Source: Candidatus Dormiibacterota bacterium
GTDB lineage: Bacteria > Chloroflexota > Dormibacteria > Aeolococcales > Aeolococcaceae
Assembly (NCBI GenBank): GCA_036378495.1
Contig: DASUWI010000041.1
Coordinates: 1 to 63,123 of the forward strand
Reading direction: 5' to 3'
DNA: 63,123 nucleotides
The notes under the pieces were generated by a model. The model saw only the letters and a program-made list of their open reading frames with translations. It had not been told where the DNA came from and did not search any database. Both the position numbers and the translations under genes were made by a program. Within the stretch, counting starts at the first letter, position 1, and every line of letters begins with the position of its first letter. Below, one piece after another: positions 30,042-40,069 of this stretch.

Positions 30042-30821
30042 GTGGGTAGCCGGGCCCGACAGGGGCTAGTGGCCCTGGGGGATCAATCACTGCTGTTCGC
30101 CGCGGCGGTGCGGGGGGTCTTCCAGCGCCCGTTCTACCTCGGCGAGTTCCTGGAGCAGTGCCGGTTCATCCTCGGCGCCTGCTTCGTGCCGCTCCTGCTG
30201 ACCGGCCTGGGGTGGGGCGTCATCGTCGCGCTCGAGGCCGGCAACTTCTTCAAGCTGGCGGGCGCCGAGTGGCGCATCGGGGGGTTCATGGTCCTGGCCA
30301 ACGTGCGCGAGTTCGCGCCGGTGGCCACCGGTCTGATGGTCGCGGCTGTGGCGGGCACCGCGATCACGGCGGACCTCGGGGCGCGCAAGGTGCGCGACGA
30401 GCTGGAGGCCCTGAGCGTGATGGGGATCTCGAACATCCTCTTCATCGTCGTCCCCCGCTTCCTGGCGCTGGCGTTCATGACCGCCCTCTACAACATCCCG
30501 ATGATCGCGTTCACGTGCCTGAGCGGCTACCTGGCCAGCGTGCTGCTCGTGGGCGTGAACAGCGGCGCCTTCATCAGCACCTTCTTCACGCAGGGCACGC
30601 TCCAGGACCTGTACGGCGGCGAGATCAAGTGCATCGTCTTCGGCATGCTCATCGCCACCATCTGCTGCTACAAGGGCATCACGGCGCGCGGTGGCGCCGA
30701 AGGGGTGGCGCGTGCCGTCCATCAGGCGGTGGTGGCCAGCTTCGTCAGCATCCAGATCTTCGAGTACCTGTACACACCCACGGTGCTGGCGCTCTTCCAC
30801 ACCAACAACGTGCTGCGATGA
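30042..30821 (+). CDS. yrbEA: Mce-system ABC permease YrbEA (MlaE family)
   Basis: 259 aa. FVPLLLTG, REFAPVATGLMVAAVAGTAITADLGARKVRDELEALSVMG are MlaE/YrbE signatures. Confidence 0.85.
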   Translation: MGSRARQGLVALGDQSLLFAAAVRGVFQRPFYLGEFLEQCRFILGACFVPLLLTGLGWGVIVALEAGNFFKLAGAEWRIGGFMVLANVREFAPVATGLMVAAVAGTAITADLGARKVRDELEALSVMGISNILFIVVPRFLALAFMTALYNIPMIAFTCLSGYLASVLLVGVNSGAFISTFFTQGTLQDLYGGEIKCIVFGMLIATICCYKGITARGGAEGVARAVHQAVVASFVSIQIFEYLYTPTVLALFHTNNVLR

Positions 30822-31726
30822 CTCCTTTGAAGGGCAGGCGGTCCAGACGAACCGAGCGGGGCAGCGTAGGGAGGGCTGTAGTCACCACCGGCCGCCCGCC
30901 GCGGCCGCCGACCAAGGGACCGGCGCCGCCCCCCGCGGTGGTCACCGGGGTGCGCTCGCGTCTCGAGAACCTGGGGCGCATGGTGCAGTTCTCCGGCAGC
31001 GCGCTCGCCCGGATCCCGCAATCGACACGCTACATGCGCGAGATCTGGTGGTACGCGGCGTTCATCGCCATCGGATCCACCCCGGTGGCGCTCGTGCTCA
31101 CGTACTTCACGGGCAGCGAGTGCAGCGTCGAGGCGTACTACTCGCTGTCGCAGATCGGCGCGCAGTCACTCGCGGGGGTGTTCAACGCCATCTGCGACAC
31201 GCGCGAGATCACGCCGCTGTTCTTCGGCTTCGCCATCGGCGCGAAGGTGGGCTGCGGGCTGGTCGCGGAGCTGGGCACCATGCGTGTCAACGAGGAGATC
31301 GATGCGCTGGAGGTGATGGGCATCCCCAGCAAGATCTATCTCGTCAGCACCCGAATGCTGGCCACGTTCATCGTGCTGCCGTTCATGTACCTGCTCGCGC
31401 TGGGCGTCTCGTACCTGGGCTCTTACGTGGTGCAGATGTTCCAGGTGCCCGCCGGCACGATCTCGAGCGGCATCTACAGCGACTATTTCTACCGCTTCAT
31501 CAACCTTCAGGACCTCGCCTTCTCGATGATCAAGGCGGTGGTCTTCGCATTCCTCATCGTGTGTGTCGCCGTGTACTACGGCTACAACGTCACCGGGGGT
31601 GCTGTCGGCATCGGCAGAGCGGTGGCCAAGACGATGGCGCTCGCCCTCGTTATCACCGTCGTCGTCAACGCCCTGCTCACGCAGATCTTCTGGGGCACCA
31701 ACCCCAACCTCCCCATCCAGGTATGA
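30818..31726 (+). CDS. yrbEB: Mce-system ABC permease YrbEB (MlaE family) with about 45-aa Arg/Pro-rich N-terminal extension
   Basis: ATGA overlap with yrbEA. TREITPLFFGFAIGAKVGCGLVAELGTMRVNEEIDALEVMG. Confidence 0.85.
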   Translation: MTPLKGRRSRRTERGSVGRAVVTTGRPPRPPTKGPAPPPAVVTGVRSRLENLGRMVQFSGSALARIPQSTRYMREIWWYAAFIAIGSTPVALVLTYFTGSECSVEAYYSLSQIGAQSLAGVFNAICDTREITPLFFGFAIGAKVGCGLVAELGTMRVNEEIDALEVMGIPSKIYLVSTRMLATFIVLPFMYLLALGVSYLGSYVVQMFQVPAGTISSGIYSDYFYRFINLQDLAFSMIKAVVFAFLIVCVAVYYGYNVTGGAVGIGRAVAKTMALALVITVVVNALLTQIFWGTNPNLPIQV

Positions 31727-32631
31727 CCGCATTTCAGCCCGACACTCCCGGACCGCGTGGACCCGTGGTCGTGCCGCAATCACAGCGGCCGCTCGCTCCC
31801 GCGTGGTCGCCGTCGCGCTCCGGCGGCATGGCGTCCGTGCAGCGGCCGCAGACCCAGTCGCAGAGCACGTGGGAGAAAGACGCGGTCATCGAGCTGCGCG
31901 AGGTGCACAAGGCGTTCGGGTCGCTCAAGGTGCTTGACGGGGTGACGGTGCGCATCCCCCGCGGCGAGATCACGGTGCTCATGGGCCCCTCAGGGACGGG
32001 CAAGAGCGTGACCCTGCGCCACGTGGTGGGCCTGCTGCCTCCGGACCGCGGCGACGTCTATGTCGACGGCAACGACGTGCCCAAGCTCAACGAGCACGAG
32101 CTGCTGGCGCTGCGGCGCGGCATCGGCATGCTGTTCCAGGACGGGGCGCTCTTCAGCTCCATGAACCTGTACGACAACGTCGCCTTCCCGCTGCGGCAGC
32201 AGACCCGCAAGGGCGAGGCTGAGATCCGCAAGATCGTCATGGAGCATCTGCAGGAGGTGGGCCTGGCGGGCGCGGAGAAGCGCATGCCCAACGAGCTCTC
32301 CGGAGGCATGCGCAAGCGCGCCGGCTTCGCGCGGGCGCTTGTGATGGAGCCCAAGATCCTGCTGTTCGACGAGCCCGACTCGGGGCTCGACCCGGTGCGC
32401 ACCACGCTGCTGTGCGACCTGATTCGCGAGATCAGCGACAAGTACCACGCCACCAGCATCGTGGTCAGTCACGACGTGGGCGCCGTGCGTCGCTTCGCCG
32501 ACAACATCGGCATCCTCTACAAGGGCAAGATGCGCCACTTCGGCACCAAGCGCGAGATCGAAGTCTCCGACGACGAGTTCGTGCACCAGTTCTTCAATGC
32601 GTCCTCCGAGGGGCCGCTGGGGATGGATTGA
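31723..32631 (+). CDS. mceG: Mce-system ABC ATPase (MceG/Mkl, MlaF-like) with about 50-aa disordered N-terminus
   Basis: ATGA overlap with yrbEB. Walker A GPSGTGKS, signature LSGGMRKR, Walker B LLFDEPDSGLD, H-loop VSHD. Confidence 0.9.
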   Translation: MTAFQPDTPGPRGPVVVPQSQRPLAPAWSPSRSGGMASVQRPQTQSQSTWEKDAVIELREVHKAFGSLKVLDGVTVRIPRGEITVLMGPSGTGKSVTLRHVVGLLPPDRGDVYVDGNDVPKLNEHELLALRRGIGMLFQDGALFSSMNLYDNVAFPLRQQTRKGEAEIRKIVMEHLQEVGLAGAEKRMPNELSGGMRKRAGFARALVMEPKILLFDEPDSGLDPVRTTLLCDLIREISDKYHATSIVVSHDVGAVRRFADNIGILYKGKMRHFGTKREIEVSDDEFVHQFFNASSEGPLGMD

Positions 32632-32635
32632 GGCG

Positions 32636-33826
32636 ATGCGCGTCACCCGTTCCCTGATCGCCGGCCTGGCCGTGCTCGTCGTGCTGCTCGGAGGCACCGC
32701 GTTCGCCTTTGCGTCGGTGGGGCTGGGCGGGTCGCCGTCGCACCTGCTGCGCATCGACTTCCCGAGCGCCGACGGCCTGGTCAGCGGCAGCGATGTTCTC
32801 GAGTCCGGGGCGCGGGTGGGGTCGGTGCAGAGCATCGAGCCGACGACATCGAGCTCGGCGCTGGTGGTCGCCGCCATCGACGGCGCGCACTGGCCGCTGC
32901 ACCGCGGGCTCACCGTCGACATCCGTCCAAAGTCGCTGCTCGGTGAGAAGTACGTCGACCTGCACGACGGCCCGGGCAGCGCCACCGTGTACGACGCGTC
33001 GCAGACCTACATGGCGAGCTCGTCTGCTGATCCGGTGGAGCTGGATCAGTTCATCAACTCGCTCGATCCGACGACGCGGACCGCGGTGCGCGTGCTGCTC
33101 GACGACCTGGGCGCCGGCGTCGCCGGGCGCGGGCAGGACCTCAACGCTGCCATCGCCGCGGGCAAGTCGGACCTCGCCAACCTCGCCGTGACAGGGCAGA
33201 CGCTGAACAACCGCGACGCCGACCTCGACCGCATCCTCGTCGGCCTCGACGGCGTGCTCAACCAGATCACGACGGACGCGCAGCTGACCCAGATCAGCCA
33301 GCTGATCGGCAACGCGCAGAACACGCTGAGCGACATCGAGAGCGTGCAGTCGTCGTTCAGCCGTCAGTTCACCGATGCCAACACGACGCTCGCCGACCTC
33401 AACACCGCACTGGACGGCGCCGTCGGCAACGGCAGCCTGGCGGCCACCATCGATGCGGCGTCGAAGCTTATCCCGGCGCTCGGCAGCGGCTCGCAGTCAG
33501 AGGCGGCGCTGCTGGACCAGCTGGGCCAGGGCGTGCTGACGGGCCAGGGCGCCACCATCCCGTCCGGCACCGGGTACTCGTCGCTGAAGCCGATCGACGC
33601 GCTGATCCTCGGTCTGCTGCACGGGCCGACCACGCTGGGCGGCGCCATCGGGACGAACAACAAGCCGATCACGCGCATCTGCCTCGAGCTGCCCATCACC
33701 GAGCTGCCAGCGGGCAACGCGACGTGCGACAACCCTCAGAGCCAGCTGCCCAACCTGCCCTCGATCCCGGTGGCGATGGGCGGCGGTGGTGGGGCGGTGT
33801 CGCTGGCGGAGTTTCTCGGGTCGTGA
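32636..33826 (+). CDS. mceA: Mce family substrate-binding protein (position A)
   Basis: N-terminal TM LIAGLAVLVVLLGG, MCE/MlaD domain (GSDVLESGARVGSVQSI...IRPKSLLGEKYVDL), long helical C-terminus. Confidence 0.85.
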   Translation: MRVTRSLIAGLAVLVVLLGGTAFAFASVGLGGSPSHLLRIDFPSADGLVSGSDVLESGARVGSVQSIEPTTSSSALVVAAIDGAHWPLHRGLTVDIRPKSLLGEKYVDLHDGPGSATVYDASQTYMASSSADPVELDQFINSLDPTTRTAVRVLLDDLGAGVAGRGQDLNAAIAAGKSDLANLAVTGQTLNNRDADLDRILVGLDGVLNQITTDAQLTQISQLIGNAQNTLSDIESVQSSFSRQFTDANTTLADLNTALDGAVGNGSLAATIDAASKLIPALGSGSQSEAALLDQLGQGVLTGQGATIPSGTGYSSLKPIDALILGLLHGPTTLGGAIGTNNKPITRICLELPITELPAGNATCDNPQSQLPNLPSIPVAMGGGGGAVSLAEFLGS

Positions 33827-33830
33827 TGCC

Positions 33831-34958
33831 ATGAGAAGCCGCTGGAACCTGCCGATCTACGTCGTGTACGTCGGGCTCTCGCTCGTCGTGCTCGCGTTCA
33901 TCGTGCTGCAGATGGGCATCACCCTTCCCTGGTCGAAGCCGTACACGGTCACGGCGATGTTCACCGACGCCGCGGACATCCTCACCAACAACGAGGTGTT
34001 CATGAACGGCACGCGCATCGGCCACGTTGGTGACGTGAGCGTGACCAGCGGGCTGGCGCGCGTACAGCTGGTGATCGACGACACCCAGGCGCTGCCGCTG
34101 CACAGCGATGCCAGCGCCGAGGTGCGCAAGAAGAACCTGCTCGGCGAGACGTACGTCGACCTGCAGCGCGGCGCCGCGGCTGGTGACATGACCACGGGAG
34201 GCACCATCCCCGTCAACCACACGGTGCCGATCACCGAGATCGACCAGGTGCTCGCCATCTTCGACCCGGAGACGGTGCAGCGCGTGCAGCTGCTGATCAA
34301 CGCGCTGGGCAACGCCACCACCAACAACGGCAAGAACCTGAACGCCGAAGCGTCGTCGGCGAATCAGGTGGTGACGGCACTCAACGGGCCGGCCACCGAG
34401 CTCTCGGTGCGGCAGCAGCAGGTGAACGACATCGTGCTCGAGCTGCAGCGCCTGTCTGCGGTGCTGGCGCAGCAGCGCGACCAGGTCAAGCAGGAGTTCA
34501 TCACCTGGAACCAGGTGATGGCGCAGCTGGCAGACCAGGAAGCGGGCATCGCCGGGACGGTGCAGCAGGGCGACACGCTGCTGCAGAACCTCGACGCGCT
34601 GGTCAGCAGCACGAGCCCGAGCGGTGTCCCGCGCGCGCAGGAGCTGAGCATGGTGCTGCAGGATCTCGGTGACACGAGCAGCAACGGCGCGGTGAGCAAC
34701 ATCAAGGCGTTCCTGGGCACCGCCAACTCGATCATCGCCGACATCGCTCCGTACCGGCAGTACGTCAACGACGTGTTCCCCGATCTGCAGTCGTCCTTCG
34801 GCGACACCGTCACCAATAACGGCGTGGTGCAGCACGTGTGGTCGGTGTTCTCGGTCAACTGCCCCACGCCGGTCACGTGCAACGGATCGTCGCAGCCCGC
34901 CAGCAGCAGCGCATCGCCGCCGGCGAGCACCTGGGCAGCGCTGGGGGCCGGGCAGTGA
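33831..34958 (+). CDS. mceB: Mce family protein (position B)
   Basis: TM VVYVGLSLVVLAFIVL. VFMNGTRIGHVGDV...VRKKNLLGETYVDL. Confidence 0.85.
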   Translation: MRSRWNLPIYVVYVGLSLVVLAFIVLQMGITLPWSKPYTVTAMFTDAADILTNNEVFMNGTRIGHVGDVSVTSGLARVQLVIDDTQALPLHSDASAEVRKKNLLGETYVDLQRGAAAGDMTTGGTIPVNHTVPITEIDQVLAIFDPETVQRVQLLINALGNATTNNGKNLNAEASSANQVVTALNGPATELSVRQQQVNDIVLELQRLSAVLAQQRDQVKQEFITWNQVMAQLADQEAGIAGTVQQGDTLLQNLDALVSSTSPSGVPRAQELSMVLQDLGDTSSNGAVSNIKAFLGTANSIIADIAPYRQYVNDVFPDLQSSFGDTVTNNGVVQHVWSVFSVNCPTPVTCNGSSQPASSSASPPASTWAALGAGQ

Positions 34959-36184
34959 AGCGCTCGGTCACCGCCCGCAACGGCATCATCATTGCCGTCT
35001 TCACCGCGGTGTGCGTCATCGCGCTCGAGTTCCTCGCCGTCAACATCGGCCAGGGTGTGCCGTTCTCCCAGAACTACACGGTGCACGCCGTGTTCAGCGA
35101 CGCCGACGGCGTACCGGGAGCCGCGGACGTGCGGGTCAGTGGCGTGGACGTCGGCAAGGTGACCGACGTCGGCACGGAGCCCGGCTATCCGGGCGAGACC
35201 GTGGTCACCATGCAGATCACCGACTCACACGCGATCCCGGTGTACAGCAACGGCTCCGCGCAGGTGGAGCCGAAGACGCTGCTCGGCGAGAAGTACATCC
35301 AGCTGAGCGTGGGGAGCCGGGCCAGCGCGGAGGCGATCCAGAGCGGTGGCTATCTGCCGCCCAGCTCGACGGGCACGGTGGTGGAGAACGACGAGATCTT
35401 CAACGCCTTCGACGCGCAGGCGCGGCAGCAGACGCAGCAGGTGCTCTCGGCGCTGAACATGGCCACGCAGCAGCGCTCCGGCAATGTGCAGGACATCCTG
35501 CCGCAGCTGCAGCAGGTGGTGCAGGGACTGGCGCCGGTGGCGCGCGTGTACGAGCAGGATCAGCCGCAGGTCGACGGCATCCTCACCCAGCTGAACACGA
35601 TCATGGCAACGCTGGCGGACGAGCATCAGCAGCTTGCCGGGCTCTTGAGCAACGGCAACACCGCGCTTACGGCGGTCAACCAGAAGGACAGCTCCCTGAT
35701 CTCGTTCCTCGGGGAGGCGGGTGGGTTCTTCGCGCAGCTGAACCAGGCGGCGTCGAGCTCGATCCAGGGGCAGGAGGCGGCGATTGCGGCGTTGAAGCCG
35801 GCGCTCGACGCTTCGACCGCGTTCCTCGAGCAGGTGGTGGGGCCGGAGTGCAACGGGCACTCCTGTGGCATCGACCAGGTGTTCACCGGCACGCTGCTGG
35901 GCAACATCAACTATCCCAACGATCAGCTGACCGTCACCAACAACGGGGTGAACACGCCGGTCCCCGGCATCAACCCGGAGCTGGTCACCAACGAGTGGGA
36001 TTCGATGTTCAGCCAGCCCGCGACGTCGCCGCCGCACCGCGCGCTCAACATCGTGCTCTCGCTGCACTGCAACGAGATCCTCGAGACGCTCAACAACCCG
36101 ACGCTGAACCCGGGCGGGGACACACTGGGTCCGATCGAGCAGCAGGCGCTGAACGCGCTGAAGCCACTGGGGGTGACCTGCTGA
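34955..36184 (+). CDS. mceC: Mce family protein (position C)
   Basis: GTGA overlap with mceB. TM IIIAVFTAVCVIALEFLAV. VRVSGVDVGKVTDV...VEPKTLLGEKYIQL. Confidence 0.85.
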   Translation: MKRSVTARNGIIIAVFTAVCVIALEFLAVNIGQGVPFSQNYTVHAVFSDADGVPGAADVRVSGVDVGKVTDVGTEPGYPGETVVTMQITDSHAIPVYSNGSAQVEPKTLLGEKYIQLSVGSRASAEAIQSGGYLPPSSTGTVVENDEIFNAFDAQARQQTQQVLSALNMATQQRSGNVQDILPQLQQVVQGLAPVARVYEQDQPQVDGILTQLNTIMATLADEHQQLAGLLSNGNTALTAVNQKDSSLISFLGEAGGFFAQLNQAASSSIQGQEAAIAALKPALDASTAFLEQVVGPECNGHSCGIDQVFTGTLLGNINYPNDQLTVTNNGVNTPVPGINPELVTNEWDSMFSQPATSPPHRALNIVLSLHCNEILETLNNPTLNPGGDTLGPIEQQALNALKPLGVTC

Positions 36185-37338
36185 TGCTCACCCGCCGCAT
36201 CAGCAGCGCGCTCGCCTCCAGCAAGGGGATGTTCGCGATCGCGCTTCTCGCCGGCGCGCTGACCGGCAGCGCCTTCCTCGGCTTCGGCGACAGCACGCAC
36301 ACGGTGACCGCGCAGTTCAGCGACGCCGACGGGCTCGTCGGCGGCAACGAGGTGCGCATCGCCGGCGTGGTCGCCGGCTCGGTGGAGTCGGTCGAGGCCA
36401 CGGTCGACCCGAACACGGGGCAGCAGTACGCCACCGTGCGCTTCCAGGTCGACCAGAGCCACTGGCCGCTGACCAAGGGCACGAGCGTCGCCATCACGCC
36501 TCGGGGCGTGCTGGCTAACGTCTACCTCTCGGTGGCGCCGGGCCCGACGCAGAACCCGTCGCTCGGCAACAACCCCGTCTTCTCCGTGAGCCAGACGCAG
36601 AGCCCGGTCAAGCTCAGCGAGCTGTCCAACGTGTTCACGCCGTCGGTGCGTGAGGCGATCCGCACCCAGCTGCAGGAGGGCGTGCTCGCCCTCGGCGGCG
36701 CCGGTGCTCCCGACCTCAACAGCACGCTGTACTACGCCGACCCCCTCACCCGCGACACCGTGCCCATCAGCCAGGTGCTCGCCGACCGCACGCCGCAGCT
36801 CAACGATCTCAACATCGAGTTCAACACGATCACGGCCGACCTGGCGCGGGAGGACTCCAACCTGCGGCCGCTGATCAGCAACCTCGACACCACGCTCGGC
36901 GTGCTGGCCACGCGCGAGAACGATCTGCAGGGCACGCTGGTCAACGGCGCCGCGGTGTTCAACGAGCTGAACAGCGCCCTGCGCGTGCCCGGCGCGGTGA
37001 CCGGCCTGACCAACATCTTCAACCAGAGTGCCGCGGCGATCACGTGCGCCCAGGCGCTGGGCGCGGGTCTGGAACCGCTGATCGCGTCGGTCAACCCCAA
37101 CGTCTCGACGCTGGACGTGCTGCTCGGCGAGTTCATCACCGCGACCGGCTACGACACCACCCCGGGCAACGTCGACGCGCTCCGCGTCAACGGCTTCGTG
37201 GCCGCCGGCGGCCAGGAGAGCGGCGGCGTGCAGCAGGAGCACGTGAACGAGGGTCTCGGCTCCAGCGGCAGTGAGACGACGCACGGATTTGCGCAGCTCC
37301 CGGGCGGCTGCAGCCTCTCGAGCGGAGGTGGCCGGTGA
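36184..37338 (+). CDS. mceD: Mce family protein (position D)
   Basis: 1-nt overlap (TGATG). TM MFAIALLAGALTGSAFLGF. VRIAGVVAGSVESV...ITPRGVLANVYLSV. Confidence 0.85.
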   Translation: MLTRRISSALASSKGMFAIALLAGALTGSAFLGFGDSTHTVTAQFSDADGLVGGNEVRIAGVVAGSVESVEATVDPNTGQQYATVRFQVDQSHWPLTKGTSVAITPRGVLANVYLSVAPGPTQNPSLGNNPVFSVSQTQSPVKLSELSNVFTPSVREAIRTQLQEGVLALGGAGAPDLNSTLYYADPLTRDTVPISQVLADRTPQLNDLNIEFNTITADLAREDSNLRPLISNLDTTLGVLATRENDLQGTLVNGAAVFNELNSALRVPGAVTGLTNIFNQSAAAITCAQALGAGLEPLIASVNPNVSTLDVLLGEFITATGYDTTPGNVDALRVNGFVAAGGQESGGVQQEHVNEGLGSSGSETTHGFAQLPGGCSLSSGGGR

Positions 37339-38735
37339 GCCGCGGCGGGCGCCGGCCGCGCGTCAACCCGATCGTGGCGGGTTTCGGTGCCGGCGTGATC
37401 ATCGCGCTCGTCGTGGGCCTGATGGCGACGATCAACCTGACCTACGGCGCGCCGTGGGCGGCGCAGCATACGCTGACCGCGGCCATCTCCGACACCGATG
37501 CGATGGCGGTGGGCAGCGACGTGCGCATCGCCGGCCGGCTGGTGGGGCAGGTGTCGTCGGTCACCGCCGCCGGTGACCACGCCAACGTGACGTTCCATGT
37601 CGACAGCGGGGACTGGCCGCTGCCCAGCGACACCGTCGCCACCGTCCGCCTGGCCACACTGCTGGGACAGAAGTACATTCAGCTGAGCCCCGGGCACGCC
37701 ACCTCGCTGCTCGCCGACGGGGGCACCATCGGCCTGCAGCAGACGCAGCCGGTGGTCGACTTCGACCAGATCCTGAACACGTTCGATCAACCCACGCGGC
37801 AGGCGCTGACCACGTTGCTGACGACAGTGTCACAATCAGTGCAGGGCCAGGAGGGAACGCTGCAGCAGCTGGCGCCGGAGCTCAGCGACCTGTCGGTGCA
37901 CAGCCAGGTGCCCACGCAGGAGCTGGCCAGCCGCGACCCGGAGCTCAATGCCATCCTGGTCAACCTCGGCGTCACCGCGACCCAGCTCGACCAGAGCCGC
38001 GCCGACCTCGCCGGCGTCATCGACAACCTCAACCAGGTGACCGCGGCGCTGGCATCGAACAACGGCGCGGCGCTGAAGAGCTTCATCAGCAACACGGACG
38101 CGATCCAGCAGACCACCAACGACGTGCTCGGCCAGGGCCGCGCCGGCTCGCTGGGCGCGTCGCTGGACGAGCTCGGGACGTTCACCGACGATCTCACCCA
38201 GCTGGTCGCCGACACGCTGCCGCAGACGCGGTCGGCCACGCAGCCGGTGGGCAATTCGTCGCCAGCAGCGCCGCCGGCTTCGGGCATCCCCCAGGAGCAC
38301 AACACGCCGGCGCAGTCCGGGCTCAACCTGCTCTACGAGATCGCCGACGCCACGTCGCAGGCGGACGCGCCGGGCAACTTCTTCCTCCGTCAGAACGTGC
38401 AGACCGTCGACATCGGTGGCCTCCTCCTGCCCGGCGGCATCGCAGCGCCGTCGACGCTCGTCAGCCCGCCATCGAAATCGCTGCTGCCGAGCCTGCCGTC
38501 GCTGCCCAACCTGCCGCTGCCCAACCTTCCCGTGCCATGCGTGCCGCTGCTGCAGCAGTGCGGCGGATCCGGCGGTAGCTCGGGAAGCGCGCCGGCGCCC
38601 GCGGCTCCGACGCCGACGCCGAAGCCGACCTGTGTCGTCATCGTCTGCCTCGGCTCCTACACCATCAGCAACGACGCGTCGATATCAGACATCGCCGCGC
38701 GCGGCCGTGACCTGCAGGTGGGCTGGCTATGGTGA
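37335..38735 (+). CDS. mceE: Mce family protein (position E) with Pro-rich, Cys-containing C-terminus
   Basis: GTGA overlap. TM GFGAGVIIALVVGLMA. VRIAGRLVGQVSSV...VRLATLLGQKYIQL. Confidence 0.85.
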   Translation: MSRGGRRPRVNPIVAGFGAGVIIALVVGLMATINLTYGAPWAAQHTLTAAISDTDAMAVGSDVRIAGRLVGQVSSVTAAGDHANVTFHVDSGDWPLPSDTVATVRLATLLGQKYIQLSPGHATSLLADGGTIGLQQTQPVVDFDQILNTFDQPTRQALTTLLTTVSQSVQGQEGTLQQLAPELSDLSVHSQVPTQELASRDPELNAILVNLGVTATQLDQSRADLAGVIDNLNQVTAALASNNGAALKSFISNTDAIQQTTNDVLGQGRAGSLGASLDELGTFTDDLTQLVADTLPQTRSATQPVGNSSPAAPPASGIPQEHNTPAQSGLNLLYEIADATSQADAPGNFFLRQNVQTVDIGGLLLPGGIAAPSTLVSPPSKSLLPSLPSLPNLPLPNLPVPCVPLLQQCGGSGGSSGSAPAPAAPTPTPKPTCVVIVCLGSYTISNDASISDIAARGRDLQVGWLW

Positions 38736-40054
38736 CGGCGCAGCGCCGCCTGATCGATCCGGTGTGGATCGGTGGCCTCACCGCCATCGTGCTCATCGTC
38801 GTGCTGGTCGCGGTGCTGGTGAGCGGCATCCCGGGTGGCCCGCAGATTCCGGGCCCGTGGAATCAGAACATGACGCTGCACGTGCAGCTCGCGGACTCGC
38901 GGGCGCTGGACCCGCATGCCAGTGTGGAGATGGCCGGCGTCAAGATCGGCGAGGTGCAGAGCGTCGCCGGGCAGGGCAACGTCGCCGTGGCCACGCTGCA
39001 GCTGTATCAGCAGTACGCAGGCATCCACCGCGATGCCACCGTGTACCTGCGCCCCCACGGCTTGTTCGGGCCCAAGTACATCGACATCGTGCCGGGGTCG
39101 AAGTCGTCGCCGGTGCTGCACGACGGCGACACCATCACGGTGGGCCAGACGGTGGAGCCCGTCGACCTCGACGCCATCCTGCAGGCGCTGCAGGCGCCGG
39201 AGCAGCAGAACCTGCGCACCGCCATCGTGGAGCTGGGCCAGGCGGCTGCCGGACAGGGTGACGACGTCAACCATCTGCTCGCCTCGGCGGACTCGCTGAC
39301 GCAGGTGCTGGACCAGCCACTGCGCAACCTCGACCACGTGGCGCCGCAGCTGAGCGACGCGCTGCTGAGCAGCGACGCGTTCAACAACTCGCTGGCCCAG
39401 ACCCCGCTGGATCAGATCGTGGCCAACAGCGAGACGACCTTCAACGCGTTCGCGGCCAACGCGGGCCGGCTGGACTCGCTGCTGGTTCATGCCAACAGCA
39501 CGCTGAACTCGCTGCAGAGCGCGCTCGCCGGAAACGGGAACAACCTCGGCAACGCGCTGGCCATGCTCGGCGGGCAGCAGTCGGTGCCGAAGACGTTCTC
39601 GGCCACGGGGCAGCCGGCGCCGTCGTCGCTGAGCGACGTGCAGCAGGTGCAGGACTTTGCGTACCTGCTCGGGCTGTTCGGCGACAACCTCACCGGCAAG
39701 GATCCCTCGTACCACGCTGCCGACGTGCGCAACGGCATCAACGGCGCCATCACCAACGTCGCCTCGGCGCTCTCCGGCTTCGACAACAGCTGCTCGCTGG
39801 CGGTTCCCGGCGGCGGGGCACCGAATCACTGCCCCACGGCAACGCAGCTGGCCAACCAGGACCACTACCTGCAGGTCGAGGTCTTCAACCTGCTCCAGGG
39901 GCTGCCAATCCCGCAGGCCGGTGGCGGCCCACTGTGCCTGCCGTCACCGGCGAACCAGTGCATCAACCTCCCCATCTCGCAGCGCAGCATCGCTGGCAGC
40001 CCGATGTATGCCGGCGATTCTCTTGGCGGATTCGGTTCGATTTTCGCGTCCTGA
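38729..40054 (+). CDS. mceF: Mce family protein (position F)
   Basis: 7-nt overlap with mceE. TM IGGLTAIVLIVVLVAVLV. VEMAGVKIGEVQSV...LRPHGLFGPKYIDI. Confidence 0.85.
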   Translation: MVTAQRRLIDPVWIGGLTAIVLIVVLVAVLVSGIPGGPQIPGPWNQNMTLHVQLADSRALDPHASVEMAGVKIGEVQSVAGQGNVAVATLQLYQQYAGIHRDATVYLRPHGLFGPKYIDIVPGSKSSPVLHDGDTITVGQTVEPVDLDAILQALQAPEQQNLRTAIVELGQAAAGQGDDVNHLLASADSLTQVLDQPLRNLDHVAPQLSDALLSSDAFNNSLAQTPLDQIVANSETTFNAFAANAGRLDSLLVHANSTLNSLQSALAGNGNNLGNALAMLGGQQSVPKTFSATGQPAPSSLSDVQQVQDFAYLLGLFGDNLTGKDPSYHAADVRNGINGAITNVASALSGFDNSCSLAVPGGGAPNHCPTATQLANQDHYLQVEVFNLLQGLPIPQAGGGPLCLPSPANQCINLPISQRSIAGSPMYAGDSLGGFGSIFAS

Positions 40055-40069
40055 TGGCATGATCCTGGG

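Noticed and set aside
29868-30069. A small ORF starting MTVRVTERAKIVIGG in the divergent region between the GT2-GAF gene and yrbEA.
   Set aside because: After the first about 15 codons it uses many rare A/T-ending codons (ATA, AGT, GTA, TTG, TCA, CTA) and overlaps the yrbEA start. This is more likely promoter or leader DNA.
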